Positions 16,827 to 26,260 of a stretch of DNA of 64,000 nt are shown here, in pieces; positions within the stretch are counted from its first letter, which is position 1; each line of letters starts with the position of its first letter. The stretch spans positions 1,930 to 65,929 of IMG/VR virus record IMGVR_UViG_2899275550_000002; one strand, given 5' to 3'. The notes beneath the pieces were generated by a model. That model ran no database searches and was not told the origin of the DNA. It saw only the letters and a program-made list of their open reading frames with translations. A program made the translations under genes and the position numbers. Source of the stretch: a virus (Duplodnaviria > Caudoviricetes).

Positions 16827-17125
16827 GCGACACCGCGAGCGTCAAACTTGAAGCAGGATGGGCCGTCATACGCTTGCCCGAGGCTGACCGCGATCAGCTC
16901 TTGGCCGACCTGGCCGAGTGCCCATGCCGGGCCCCCAAATCCGCCGCCACAGCCGAGGAACGCGCCTGGCTGTGCGAGCAGCTGGCGGAGCTGCCCGTGC
17001 GCGTGCCGCTGCATCGCATCCACGGGCTGCGCGTGGCGCTGAATTCGTGCCCATGCACCGGGCCGACCGCCGCGGGCGATACCATCAGAGAGCGCCTGAA
17101 CAGGGCGCTGGGAAGGCTGAAATGA
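16823..17125 (+). CDS. Phage hypothetical protein with internal CPC duplication
   Basis: Two similar halves each containing CPC. Confidence 0.65.
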   Translation: MSDTASVKLEAGWAVIRLPEADRDQLLADLAECPCRAPKSAATAEERAWLCEQLAELPVRVPLHRIHGLRVALNSCPCTGPTAAGDTIRERLNRALGRLK

Positions 17126-17595
17126 CAGCGCACCGCATGACAGCCGCGCAGCTGATCGAGATGCAGAAGCCGAAGGCGAAGCCGCGCGTGGACCGCGAGG
17201 GCCCGATCCATAGGGCGATCCTGGACCATCTGCGCATCGTGCTGCCGCCCCAGACCGTGATCCATCACAGCCCGAATGCCATTGGCCTATCCGGCCAGCA
17301 GATCATGCGCCAGATCGCCCTGAACGAGGCCATGGGCACCGTCAAAGGGTTCCCCGATCTGACCTGCATCCTGCCGGGCCCTCGCTTCTGGCTGTTCGAG
17401 GTGAAGGCCGAGGGCAACTATCCCGACAAGGACCAGCGCGCCCTGCATGACCGCCTGCGCGGCCTGGGATGCGCCGTGGCCGTGGTGCGCGACACCTTCG
17501 ATGTGGACGAGGCGATCGCCTCTTGGGGCGGCGTCGATGGCCCGCTGACCGATAGGCAGCTCCGCGACATGATCGTGGGAGGATCGGAGGAATGA
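17122..17595 (+). CDS. VRR-NUC (PD-(D/E)xK) nuclease, resolvase-like
   Basis: E...GFPDL...FEVK...Q motif set. Confidence 0.85.
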   Translation: MTAHRMTAAQLIEMQKPKAKPRVDREGPIHRAILDHLRIVLPPQTVIHHSPNAIGLSGQQIMRQIALNEAMGTVKGFPDLTCILPGPRFWLFEVKAEGNYPDKDQRALHDRLRGLGCAVAVVRDTFDVDEAIASWGGVDGPLTDRQLRDMIVGGSEE

Positions 17596-18485
17596 GCTAT
17601 CGCCTCGTTGACATGGTGCTGGAGTCTAGCCTGACGGACGCGACGGAGACCGCCGTGATGATCGCCTTGGCGTCCCATGCCGACAAATACTGCTCGTGCT
17701 ATCCCTCGATCGCACGCTTGGCCAAGCTGTCACGCTACAAGGACAGGGCCGTTCAGAGCGCCCTCAAGCGGCTGTCTGCGCGTGGCGTGATCTCGGTTAA
17801 GGTCGGCGGCGGGCGTGGCGGGGCCAGTTTCTACACCATCAATCCGGCCGCATTGAAGCCCGCAGCAGATGCGCCTTTTCAGCCGGAAAACCCCGCAGCA
17901 GATGCACCCTTTCTCGGTAAAAAACCCCGCAGCAGAAACACCGTTTCAGACGACAAAACCCCGCATCTAAAACCAGAAACCCCGCATCTGACGACAGAAA
18001 ACCCCGCAGCAGATGCACCCGAACCTGTCATAGAACCGATCAAGAAGAAGCAGCCGCCGCCGGAATCGCCCGCGCAGCTTGTCGATTTTCAGCTTGTCCC
18101 GAAGCTGACGCAGGCCCTCGGTTTCGACCTGCACGGGGTCATCCCGAAATACTGGATAACACCCGATGCGGCGCTGATCGCGGCACGATGGCAGACCGAT
18201 CTGGGCCTGACAGCCGAGGAAGTAATCCACGTCGCTGTGCAGAGCATGAAGGTCCACGGCACCCCCGCCGAAGGCCCGAAGGCATTGGTCCGCGCCATGC
18301 AGGACTATGCCGCCGCGAAGAACGCCCCCCCGCTAGAACCCACCCAAGGAGGCCACCATGCCCAAGGACGCCAACCTGCCCGCCCAGATCGCGGCGCCGC
18401 TGCCGCCGACGACGCCCTACGCGATCGCATCGAGGGAGCCGTTCGAAATCGCAGCCCATCGAAGCGCGGTATCTGCTTTGACTGA
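17592..18485 (+). CDS. Replication initiator (lambda O-like, N-terminal wHTH)
   Basis: CYPSIARLAKLSRYKDRAVQSALKRL wHTH followed by an internal repeat block. Confidence 0.85.
   Translation: MSYRLVDMVLESSLTDATETAVMIALASHADKYCSCYPSIARLAKLSRYKDRAVQSALKRLSARGVISVKVGGGRGGASFYTINPAALKPAADAPFQPENPAADAPFLGKKPRSRNTVSDDKTPHLKPETPHLTTENPAADAPEPVIEPIKKKQPPPESPAQLVDFQLVPKLTQALGFDLHGVIPKYWITPDAALIAARWQTDLGLTAEEVIHVAVQSMKVHGTPAEGPKALVRAMQDYAAAKNAPPLEPTQGGHHAQGRQPARPDRGAAAADDALRDRIEGAVRNRSPSKRGICFD
17855..18019 (+). repeat. Iteron array / putative origin inside the initiator gene
   Basis: Six copies of (A)AACCCCGCAGCAGA(TGC) or AACCCCGCATCT at about 17855, 17887, 17921, 17955, 17977, 17998. Confidence 0.8.
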
Positions 18486-18888
18486 AGTGATCATGGACGG
18501 CTACTGGCGCGATGATCTGAGCCAGGCCAAGCGATCCGCCATCTTGGCAGACTGGTGCGACGAACTGGAGGACTGGCCGCTGAACAGCATCCAGGCCGCG
18601 TTTCGCAAGCACCGGCGTGATCGCCCCGACAAGAAGCCCAATCCTGGTCATATCCTGCAGCTGCTGAACAAGGCATGGGGCGAACACAATGCGCCGGCCG
18701 TGCGCGCTGCCATGGCCGCCACGCAGGAGGCGCCGCGCGAACCGATCAGTGCCGAACGCGCCAGCGCGATCCTTGAGGAGCTGGGCTTTGCCGTGAAGCG
18801 CGTCGAGCCCACGCAAGACCGCGCCACCAACGCCGAGGTCAAGCGGCAGGTCCAGGAGCTGCAGGCCACACCGGAGGGAGAGCCGTGA
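18358..18888 (+). CDS. Putative helicase loader (P-like)
   Basis: GGAGG SD inside the initiator gene; WCDELEDWPLNSIQAAF...KPNPGHI pattern. Confidence 0.65.
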   Translation: MPKDANLPAQIAAPLPPTTPYAIASREPFEIAAHRSAVSALTEVIMDGYWRDDLSQAKRSAILADWCDELEDWPLNSIQAAFRKHRRDRPDKKPNPGHILQLLNKAWGEHNAPAVRAAMAATQEAPREPISAERASAILEELGFAVKRVEPTQDRATNAEVKRQVQELQATPEGEP

Positions 18889-19187
18889 CCGCCGAATATC
18901 AGATCCTGCGCGGCCTTTTCATCCGCGTGATCCACCTGGCGTTCGATGACGCCCGCAAGGAGGTTCTCGATGCTCGTCGCAAGCTGCGCAACGAGGTCAG
19001 CCGGGCCAAACCGCAAAGCCGCCAGAAGGTCGAGGCGTTCTACCAGGCGCGTGTCGACCAGGCCATCGCAGCCCATCGCCGCTACTTCGAGAGCAAGGAT
19101 TACCGGATCGTCTGCAGCTGGGCCGATCTGTTCATCCGCCCCGATGACATGATGCGCGCGATCGAAGCCCCGGAAGTCGAGACATGA
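18885..19187 (+). CDS. Phage hypothetical protein
   Basis: Coupled ORF with GGAG SD; position where a late regulator could lie. Confidence 0.7.
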   Translation: MTAEYQILRGLFIRVIHLAFDDARKEVLDARRKLRNEVSRAKPQSRQKVEAFYQARVDQAIAAHRRYFESKDYRIVCSWADLFIRPDDMMRAIEAPEVET

Positions 19188-19459
19188 GCCGGTTCCGCCT
19201 GACAGCAAAGGTCCGCAAGAACGCCGACTACATTGCCCTGTCGCGGTTTCTGGATGATCTGGGCCTGCCCCACGAGGTCGTGCAGCCCAACGCCAAGGGG
19301 CACCCTGCCCTGCGCATCACCCTGCCCACCGGCACGCTCATGGATCACCACATCGCCTGCACGCCGCGCGGCTGGTGCAACGCCCCGGCAAGGGTCGCAG
19401 CCCTGCGGCGCAAGCTGATCGAGGCAGGCGCACTGGCCAAGCCGCACAGCATCGTCTGA
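19184..19459 (+). CDS. Phage hypothetical protein, possibly HicA-like fold
   Basis: KGHP...ACTPRG...ALRRKL pattern; coupled ORF. Confidence 0.6.
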   Translation: MSRFRLTAKVRKNADYIALSRFLDDLGLPHEVVQPNAKGHPALRITLPTGTLMDHHIACTPRGWCNAPARVAALRRKLIEAGALAKPHSIV

Positions 19460-19476
19460 GTTTACAGCCGCAGATT

Positions 19477-19490
19477 CGGACAATTGTCCG
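19477..19490 (+). promoter_or_regulatory. Fifth operator CGGACAATTGTCCG upstream of the packaging genes
   Basis: 14-bp perfect palindrome identical in core to the PL operators, directly followed by TTGATT. Confidence 0.7.
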
Positions 19491-19571
19491 TTGATTGCGC
19501 CCACTGTTCGTGAGATTTGTGAACCAATCACAGCCGTCGATTATCCGTCATTACCCCGTCATTCGGAAGCC

Positions 19572-20153
19572 ATGCTCAAAAGCCCCCGCCAACAAGCCTT
19601 TTGCGAACAGTACGTTATCCTTCGGGATGGCGCGAAAGCGGCTGTCGCAGCGGGCTACAGCCCCAAGCGCGCAGCCGTGACGGCCTACGAGTTCATGCAG
19701 CGGGATGACATCCAGGCGGAGCTGACGCGCCTGCGCGAAATTCGCGACAAAGACTTTGGGATGACCGCAGGCGACGTGCTGCGCGAGATTGCCCAGATCG
19801 CCCTGGCCGACATTGGCGACGTGCTGGAATGGGGGCTGGAGGAGGTTCTGGGCGACGATGGCCTGCCCATGACCCTGCCCGATGGCAACCCGATCATGCG
19901 GCCCGTTATTACCCCGGTCAATTCACGCGACATCGCGCCCGGCAAGCGCCGCGCGATCAAGTCCGTCAGCATGTCCGAGAAGGGCACCTTCAAGCTGGAG
20001 CTGGCCGACCGCAGCAAGGCCCTCGAAATGCTCGGCCGCCACTTCGGCCTGTTCGAGAAGGACAACGAGCAGGCGGGCAAAGCCGCCGCCGGGTCCGTCG
20101 CAGCCCTCATTGCCGCGTGCCAGGGCAAGCCCCTGATGCCCGGCGCAGATTGA
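19572..20153 (+). CDS. terS: Terminase small subunit
   Basis: RQQAFCEQY...AAVAAGYS, KALEMLGRHFGLF. Confidence 0.9.
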   Translation: MLKSPRQQAFCEQYVILRDGAKAAVAAGYSPKRAAVTAYEFMQRDDIQAELTRLREIRDKDFGMTAGDVLREIAQIALADIGDVLEWGLEEVLGDDGLPMTLPDGNPIMRPVITPVNSRDIAPGKRRAIKSVSMSEKGTFKLELADRSKALEMLGRHFGLFEKDNEQAGKAAAGSVAALIAACQGKPLMPGAD

Positions 20154-20212
20154 CCGGCGCCATGGATTACCACCGCGCCCAACCCAAGCCTCACAGCGTC
20201 CAGGAGGGACAG

Positions 20213-21385
20213 ATGAGCGATACCACCCCTAAGACCGCCGCCATCGTTGAGCTTTTCGATGTCGATTCACCGTTTGAAGGGCCTGCGGTCCGCTGCCGCA
20301 TCAAGCCTACCGGCCTGATGGTAACCGAAGGTGGCCGCGATGCCTCGGGTCGGGTTTCGCCCGACATCGCAGAAGCCATCGCCAATCTGGCGCTTGCGAT
20401 CCGGCTGAAGAACGAGGGACGGTCCCAAGCGCATCTGCGCGATGCGATCAGCGAGGCGGGGCCGGGCCACTTCATCACGATCAAGACACGCGAGACTAAC
20501 ACCATCTCCAAAGTCCTGACCGATGGGAACGTCCTGCTGATCGAGGGTAGGCTGATCGACGACAAGCACATCTACGAGCCGGGGGACGTGGTTCCGCGCA
20601 GGGTCTGGCATCGCCTCACTGGCAACCCGCCTACCCCCATTGTCGACCCCGACATGACGCCCGAGGAAGCACGCGAGCTGCTGCGCCGCGCGGGGCCTGG
20701 GCCGATTAGCTTCACCAAAGACGACACCGCAGCGTCAGGGTTTTACAAGGTCAACGTGCCTAACATAGGCAAGCTGGACGCCAGCAAGATCACGATTAAG
20801 GGCGAGGAACAGAAAGCCCCCCCGCTGTTCACCATCCAGAGCAAGCGCGGCGTGGTCGAGATTACCGAATCCGGCGTCCGCGCAAACGATGGCGACCATG
20901 ATGGCACGCTGATGAAGCACGCCATGGCCGCCCTGCCCCTGATCCTCGAACGCGAGCGCGACCGGCAGCTGTATGGGCCCCATAAGGTGATCAGCCTGCA
21001 GGACGCCGTGACGGCGATACGCGAGGCCATCGAGGATGGTGACGACGCGACGGTGGACGCCGCAGGTGATGCCATCGCGGAGCTGGTCCGGTTCATCGGG
21101 CGCGCGGATGACGACGACACGGAGCTGGCCGAGGCCATCGCTCACGAGCGCAAGCGGGCGCAGGCCGAGGAAGCAGAGCGCGGCAGCGCAGAGACGATCA
21201 CCGACGCCGAGGCCCACACGGGCGTTGCCGAGGGGCTGGCCGCAGCAGGACGGCTGACCTTTCGCGGCGAGCCGGTAAAAAAGGACCATCATTTCACAAC
21301 CAAGGAACACAGGTCGGTCGATCCGGTCACGGGCCGCGTCACGGAAACCACCACGACCACCCATAGCTGGACGCCGCGGCGCTGA
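20213..21385 (+). CDS. Hypothetical protein between terS and terL
   Basis: 390 aa from MSDTTPK, AGGAG SD; no motif recognised. Confidence 0.7.
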   Translation: MSDTTPKTAAIVELFDVDSPFEGPAVRCRIKPTGLMVTEGGRDASGRVSPDIAEAIANLALAIRLKNEGRSQAHLRDAISEAGPGHFITIKTRETNTISKVLTDGNVLLIEGRLIDDKHIYEPGDVVPRRVWHRLTGNPPTPIVDPDMTPEEARELLRRAGPGPISFTKDDTAASGFYKVNVPNIGKLDASKITIKGEEQKAPPLFTIQSKRGVVEITESGVRANDGDHDGTLMKHAMAALPLILERERDRQLYGPHKVISLQDAVTAIREAIEDGDDATVDAAGDAIAELVRFIGRADDDDTELAEAIAHERKRAQAEEAERGSAETITDAEAHTGVAEGLAAAGRLTFRGEPVKKDHHFTTKEHRSVDPVTGRVTETTTTTHSWTPRR

Positions 21386-21456
21386 TGGCCCAGCCCCGCG
21401 CCATAGCAACGACATGGGCCGCCACGCGCGGCCCCTTTCGCATGGCGCGGCGATGA

Positions 21457-23052
21457 ATGAGCCGCGATTGGTCCCAGCCCCTGACCGAACCCCTGCCGGC
21501 GCCCAGCACGCCGGAAGAATGGGCCGCCTGCCTGGCAGACCCCTGGTGGCGGATATGCTCGGGCGTCCTCTACAAGATCATGGTCAAGGGCGACGACCAG
21601 GACGACACGGAGATAGGTCAGCTGGAGCCGTTCTTGCCGAACGTCAACCAGCTGCGGTTCCTGCATCGGTTCCACTATCGCAACACCATCCTGAAAGCCC
21701 GGCAGTTGGGCTTCACGACCTTTGCCGCCATCTGGGGGCTGGATCGTGCTTTGTGGACGAAAAACCAACGCTGCGGGATCATCGCGCAGGATCAGGACAC
21801 GGCATCCGCCATCCTGAAGGACAAGGTGCTGCTGGCCTACGAGAACATGCCGCAGCACATCACCGACGCGATGGGGTTCAAGAACCGCACCGCGAAGGAG
21901 CTGCACTTCGCCCACAACAACAGCTCGATGCGCGTGGCCACGTCGATGCGGGGCGGCACCATCCATTTCCTGCACGTCTCGGAGCTGGGCAAGATCAGCG
22001 CCACCTATCCGGCCAAGGCCAAGGAGGTCCAGACGGGATCGCTGCCAGCGGTGCCCGCAGCAGGTATCGCCACGATCGAGTCCACCGCCGAGGGCGCAGA
22101 GGGGCTGTTCTTTGACATGACCAGCCGCGCCGAAGCCCTCGCCATCTCGAACACGCCCCTGAACAAGGGCGATTACAAGTTCCATTTCTTCCCGTGGTTC
22201 ATGGAGCCCGGCTATCGGGCCGACCCTGCGCGCGTGCGGATCAGCCTCAAGCAGCACGAGTACTTCGACAAGCTGGAGGCCGAGACAGGCCACTCGATCG
22301 ATATGCACCAGCGCGCCTGGTATGTGATCAAGCTGGAAGCCGATTTCAGCGGCGACCAGCAGATGATGCAGCAGGAGATGCCCAGCACGCCCGCCGAGGC
22401 GTGGTCGCGCAGCACCGCCGGCACATTCCTGACACCCCAGATCACCGCAGCCCGCGCCGCAGGCCGTATCGGGAAAGTGCCGCACGTCGCATCCCTGCCC
22501 GTCCACACCTTCTGGGACATTGGCGGCAGCGACGGCACCGGCATCTGGATGGGCCAGCAGGTCGGCCTGTCTATGCACATGATCCGCTACCTGGAGGACT
22601 GGAGCAAAGGCTACGCCCACTTCATCAACCAGATCGAGAGCCACGGCTATGTTCTGGGCGATCACTACCTGCCGCACGATGCCGCGGCAGAGCGCCAGGG
22701 CAAGGATGGCCTCTATTCGCCCCTGTCCATGCTGCAAGACCTGCGCCCGCGCTGGCGGTTCCACATCGTGCCCCGCATCCACGACTTCACCGCAGGCATC
22801 ACCATCCTGCGCGAGCGGTTCAACGAGCTGTGGATCGACGCCGAGGGCTGCAAGGAGGGCATCACCCACCTGGAGCTGTACCGCAAGCGGTTTAACACCA
22901 GCACCAAGACCTTCGCAGACGAGCCGCAGAAGCATGACGGCCACTCCGAAGCCCCCGACGCCCTGCGCCAGTGGGCGCAAGGGTTCACCCCCTCCCACGC
23001 AACAGGCGAGCGGAAGAAGCCCGTGCGCCGCAGATCAGGACTGACAGCATGA
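21457..23052 (+). CDS. terL: Terminase large subunit
   Basis: ILKARQLGFTT (Walker A), LHVSE (Walker B), FWDIG and HYLPHDA (RNase H-like nuclease). Confidence 0.95.
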   Translation: MSRDWSQPLTEPLPAPSTPEEWAACLADPWWRICSGVLYKIMVKGDDQDDTEIGQLEPFLPNVNQLRFLHRFHYRNTILKARQLGFTTFAAIWGLDRALWTKNQRCGIIAQDQDTASAILKDKVLLAYENMPQHITDAMGFKNRTAKELHFAHNNSSMRVATSMRGGTIHFLHVSELGKISATYPAKAKEVQTGSLPAVPAAGIATIESTAEGAEGLFFDMTSRAEALAISNTPLNKGDYKFHFFPWFMEPGYRADPARVRISLKQHEYFDKLEAETGHSIDMHQRAWYVIKLEADFSGDQQMMQQEMPSTPAEAWSRSTAGTFLTPQITAARAAGRIGKVPHVASLPVHTFWDIGGSDGTGIWMGQQVGLSMHMIRYLEDWSKGYAHFINQIESHGYVLGDHYLPHDAAAERQGKDGLYSPLSMLQDLRPRWRFHIVPRIHDFTAGITILRERFNELWIDAEGCKEGITHLELYRKRFNTSTKTFADEPQKHDGHSEAPDALRQWAQGFTPSHATGERKKPVRRRSGLTA

Positions 23053-23264
23053 GCAACCAAGCCCCCACCCCGAGCCTGACCGATCTGGAAGCGCGCCTTG
23101 AGATGTCGATGCGTGCCACGCTGAAAGCCGCCGCCGATGTCGTCGCGGCAGGCGGCAGCGTCGAGGAAACCGCCAGCACCAGCAAGCTGAAGGACGGCCT
23201 CCTCGTCCAGGGCATTGTCATGGTGTCGATGACCGGCTTCAAGCAAGAGCCGGTGACGCCGTGA
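23049..23264 (+). CDS. Small phage hypothetical protein
   Basis: Start overlaps the terL stop. Confidence 0.6.
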   Translation: MSNQAPTPSLTDLEARLEMSMRATLKAAADVVAAGGSVEETASTSKLKDGLLVQGIVMVSMTGFKQEPVTP

Positions 23265-23467
23265 GCTCGCCGCAATCCCCCCGCACCTCGGTGCTGCAAT
23301 TCGCGGCGCAGGTCGCAGCCCAGCAGACCACAGCAGCCCTGACCGTCATCGCCCTCCGCGAGGATGGCAGCGTCACCATCCAGACCGAGGGCGACGTTGC
23401 GATGTTCCTGCTGGCGGTTGAGCAAGCCAAGCACTCCATGCTGGCGAACCTTGGCAAGGAGGGCTGA
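23261..23467 (+). CDS. Small phage hypothetical protein
   Basis: Coupled ORF, GTG start. Confidence 0.55.
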   Translation: MSSPQSPRTSVLQFAAQVAAQQTTAALTVIALREDGSVTIQTEGDVAMFLLAVEQAKHSMLANLGKEG

Positions 23468-23470
23468 CCA

Positions 23471-23986
23471 GTGAATCCGCGCTTCAAGCTCGCCCGCATG
23501 TCCCTGGACGCCCGCCCGGTGGTCGACCTTGCCATGCGACATTTCGAGACGGTCAGCGGCAATATCCGCGTGACCGGGACATGGTTCATGGACCCGGATA
23601 CGCGCCGCAGCCAGCCGTGCCTGGTGCTGACCGATGCAACCAAGCCCCTGCGGACCGATCGCGTGGTGCCCTGCATCGTCACCCTGGATCAGGCGTGGCG
23701 CTGGACGGTCGAGATGGGCGAGCCCCAGCACGTCTGGCCCATCATCGCAGGATGGATTCGGGAAGGCGTCCTGCCTGGCCAGCCCACGAACAAGCAGGAC
23801 ATGTGGGCTGTTTTTGACGCGATTCAGTGCCGCCTGACTGATATGATGATGATGCCGCCGATGCCTGCCGCCCCGGCCGCGAAATATGGCACGCCCCCCG
23901 AAACTGTCGGGGAGCTGGTCATCACGGATCGAAACACCGGGGCGGTGTTGCAAGAGGTGGAGCTGACCAAGCATGTTCGACATTGA
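23471..23986 (+). CDS. Phage hypothetical protein upstream of portal
   Basis: 171 aa with GGAGG SD, overlaps portal start. Confidence 0.75.
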   Translation: MNPRFKLARMSLDARPVVDLAMRHFETVSGNIRVTGTWFMDPDTRRSQPCLVLTDATKPLRTDRVVPCIVTLDQAWRWTVEMGEPQHVWPIIAGWIREGVLPGQPTNKQDMWAVFDAIQCRLTDMMMMPPMPAAPAAKYGTPPETVGELVITDRNTGAVLQEVELTKHVRH

Positions 23987-26249
23987 TTTTTCGGGTGGCC
24001 GCATCCTCACGGTGAACGGCCACCCCTACAATTCGCGGCCCGGCGAGGTGCCGTTCATCGACAGCGCGGCTGCGCAAATCCAGAGCGACCAAGGCCGGTC
24101 CGTAGGCGAGGCCAAGGTCGACAAGCTAGACCAGCCGAAGGCCCAAGAGCTGTTCAAGCGCCTTCTGGCCATCTATCGCTACGAGTTGGAGCGACAGGCG
24201 CAGAACCGCTACGAAATGCGGGTCGATGAGGATTTCTACGATCATATCCAGTGGACGCTGGAGGAGGTCGCAGAGCTTGAAGGCCGTGGGCAAGCGCCGC
24301 TGGTGTTCAACCTGATCCAGACCACGATCAACTGGCTGCTGGGCACGCAGCGCCGCGCGCCGCAGGATTACAAGATCCTGCCCCGCACGAAATACGGGCT
24401 GCAGTCTGCCGAGTCCAAGACGGAGCTGCTCCGCCACGTCCGCGACGTGAACCACTCGAACCACCATGTCAGCCTGGCATTTGCGGATGCGGTCAAGGCG
24501 GGCATCGGCTGGCTTGAGACGGGCGAAGGCGACCCCGCCGAGGGCGTGCGCGTGTTCGATCGGCGCGAGCCCTGGGCCAATATGCTGTGGGACAGCCGCG
24601 CGCAGGAGATGGACCTGTCCGACTGTCGCTATGTCACCCGCATGAAATGGCTCGATCTGGACATTGCGGCGGCCCTGTTCCCCAAGCGCATCGGCATCCT
24701 CGAAAAGTCCAGGGAAAACCGCCTCTATATGGTCGGCCAGTCGGACTATGGCGACGACGCCAGCGACAGCCACGAGGAAGACACCAACACCAACGTGGGC
24801 CACGAGGTCACGTCCGGTGGCGCCTATATCCGCGACCGCATCCGCTGCATCGAGATGTGGTTCAAGATGCCTGCCACAGTGCCGGTTATCTCGGGCGGTC
24901 AGTTCCGCGGCGAGGTCTTCGATGAATGGTCGCGCGGCCACTGGGATGAGATGGTCCACGAGCGCGCAACCCTGGTGATGCGCCCCCGCATGGTGATCCA
25001 TGTGGCCGTGATGACCGAGTTCGGCTTGCTGGACCTGCGCCAGTCGCCCTATCGCCACAACCGCTTCCCCTTCACCCCCATGTGGGGCTATCGCCGCGCG
25101 CGCGACGGGATGCCCTATGGCGCGATCCGAGGCCTGCGCGGCCCGCAGCGCGACCTGAACAAGCGCGCGTCCAAGGCCCTGCACCACCTGTCAACGGTTC
25201 AGGTGACGGTCGAGGACGGCGCGGTGGATGACATCGAGGAACTGCGCGATGAGGCGGGCCGCCCCGACAGCGTGATCGTCTACAAGGCAGGCAAGCAGCC
25301 CCCGAGGATCGACAAGAACACCGAGGTCGCAGCCGCCCATCTGCAGCTGATGGACAAGGACGCGCAGATGATCCAGTCGGTCGGCGGCGTGACCGACGAA
25401 AACCTGGGGCGCAGGTCCAACGCCACCAGCGGCAAGGCCATCATGGCCCGGCAGGATCAGGGTTCGCTGGCGACCAGCACCTTCTTTGACAACCTGCGCT
25501 ATGCGGCCATGCTGCACGGCGAGAAGCAGATCATCAACGTCGAACAGTTCTACACCGAGCAGGATGAAATCCGCATTCTGGACAGCCGGGGCAAGCCTGA
25601 CTTCAAGCAGGTCAACGACCCCGAGCATCCCGAGAACGCGATCGACATGTTCAAGGCCGACTTCATCATCGAGGAGGAAGATTGGCGGGCCAGCACGCGA
25701 CAGGCGCAGGCCGAGCAGCTGCTGCAGCTCATGGAACGCCTGGCGGCCACAGCGCCCGAGATCGTTATTCAGACCCTCGATCTGACCATCGAGGCGCTGG
25801 ACGTGCCGAAGCGGGACGAGATCGTGAAGCGCATCCGGCAGATCACCGGTGCCGCTGACCCCGACGAGGATCCGAACAACCCGAGCGAGGAGACGATCCA
25901 GCGTCAGCAGGCCGCCAATGCCGCCGCAGCGATGCAGCAGCGCGCCCAGGAGGCCGAGATTGCCGGTCTGGAGGCCAAGACCGCCAAGACGCAGGTCGAG
26001 GCACAGAAGGTCAGCGCAAGCCTGCGTGGGACAAGCCTGGACGATCTGAAGAAGGCCGTCGAGGCCGCGATGCAGATTGCCGGTGCGCCGGCCATCGGTG
26101 CCGCCGTCGATCAGATCATGGCCGCCGCGATGGAGGACGCCCAAGCCGAAGGCCAAGCGCCCGCAATGGCCCCCGAGATTGACCCCGCAATGGGCGCTGA
26201 ACCGCCCATGCCCGACCCGGCAGCACCCCCCGCTGCCCTGCCCATGTGA
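23973..26249 (+). CDS. Portal protein (P22-like)
   Basis: RGQAPLVFNLI, LWDS...DLSDCRY, SPYRHNRFPF, QRDLNKR, SGKAIMARQDQG; position after terL. Confidence 0.92.
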   Translation: MFDIDFSGGRILTVNGHPYNSRPGEVPFIDSAAAQIQSDQGRSVGEAKVDKLDQPKAQELFKRLLAIYRYELERQAQNRYEMRVDEDFYDHIQWTLEEVAELEGRGQAPLVFNLIQTTINWLLGTQRRAPQDYKILPRTKYGLQSAESKTELLRHVRDVNHSNHHVSLAFADAVKAGIGWLETGEGDPAEGVRVFDRREPWANMLWDSRAQEMDLSDCRYVTRMKWLDLDIAAALFPKRIGILEKSRENRLYMVGQSDYGDDASDSHEEDTNTNVGHEVTSGGAYIRDRIRCIEMWFKMPATVPVISGGQFRGEVFDEWSRGHWDEMVHERATLVMRPRMVIHVAVMTEFGLLDLRQSPYRHNRFPFTPMWGYRRARDGMPYGAIRGLRGPQRDLNKRASKALHHLSTVQVTVEDGAVDDIEELRDEAGRPDSVIVYKAGKQPPRIDKNTEVAAAHLQLMDKDAQMIQSVGGVTDENLGRRSNATSGKAIMARQDQGSLATSTFFDNLRYAAMLHGEKQIINVEQFYTEQDEIRILDSRGKPDFKQVNDPEHPENAIDMFKADFIIEEEDWRASTRQAQAEQLLQLMERLAATAPEIVIQTLDLTIEALDVPKRDEIVKRIRQITGAADPDEDPNNPSEETIQRQQAANAAAAMQQRAQEAEIAGLEAKTAKTQVEAQKVSASLRGTSLDDLKKAVEAAMQIAGAPAIGAAVDQIMAAAMEDAQAEGQAPAMAPEIDPAMGAEPPMPDPAAPPAALPM

Positions 26250-26260
26250 GAGGAAACACC

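Noticed and set aside
17855-18019. Repeat array as possible CRISPR
   Set aside because: Repeats are short and degenerate with irregular spacing, lie in frame inside the initiator gene, and no cas genes are present; iterons fit better
21289-22998. 569-aa minus-strand ORF
   Set aside because: Shadow of terL
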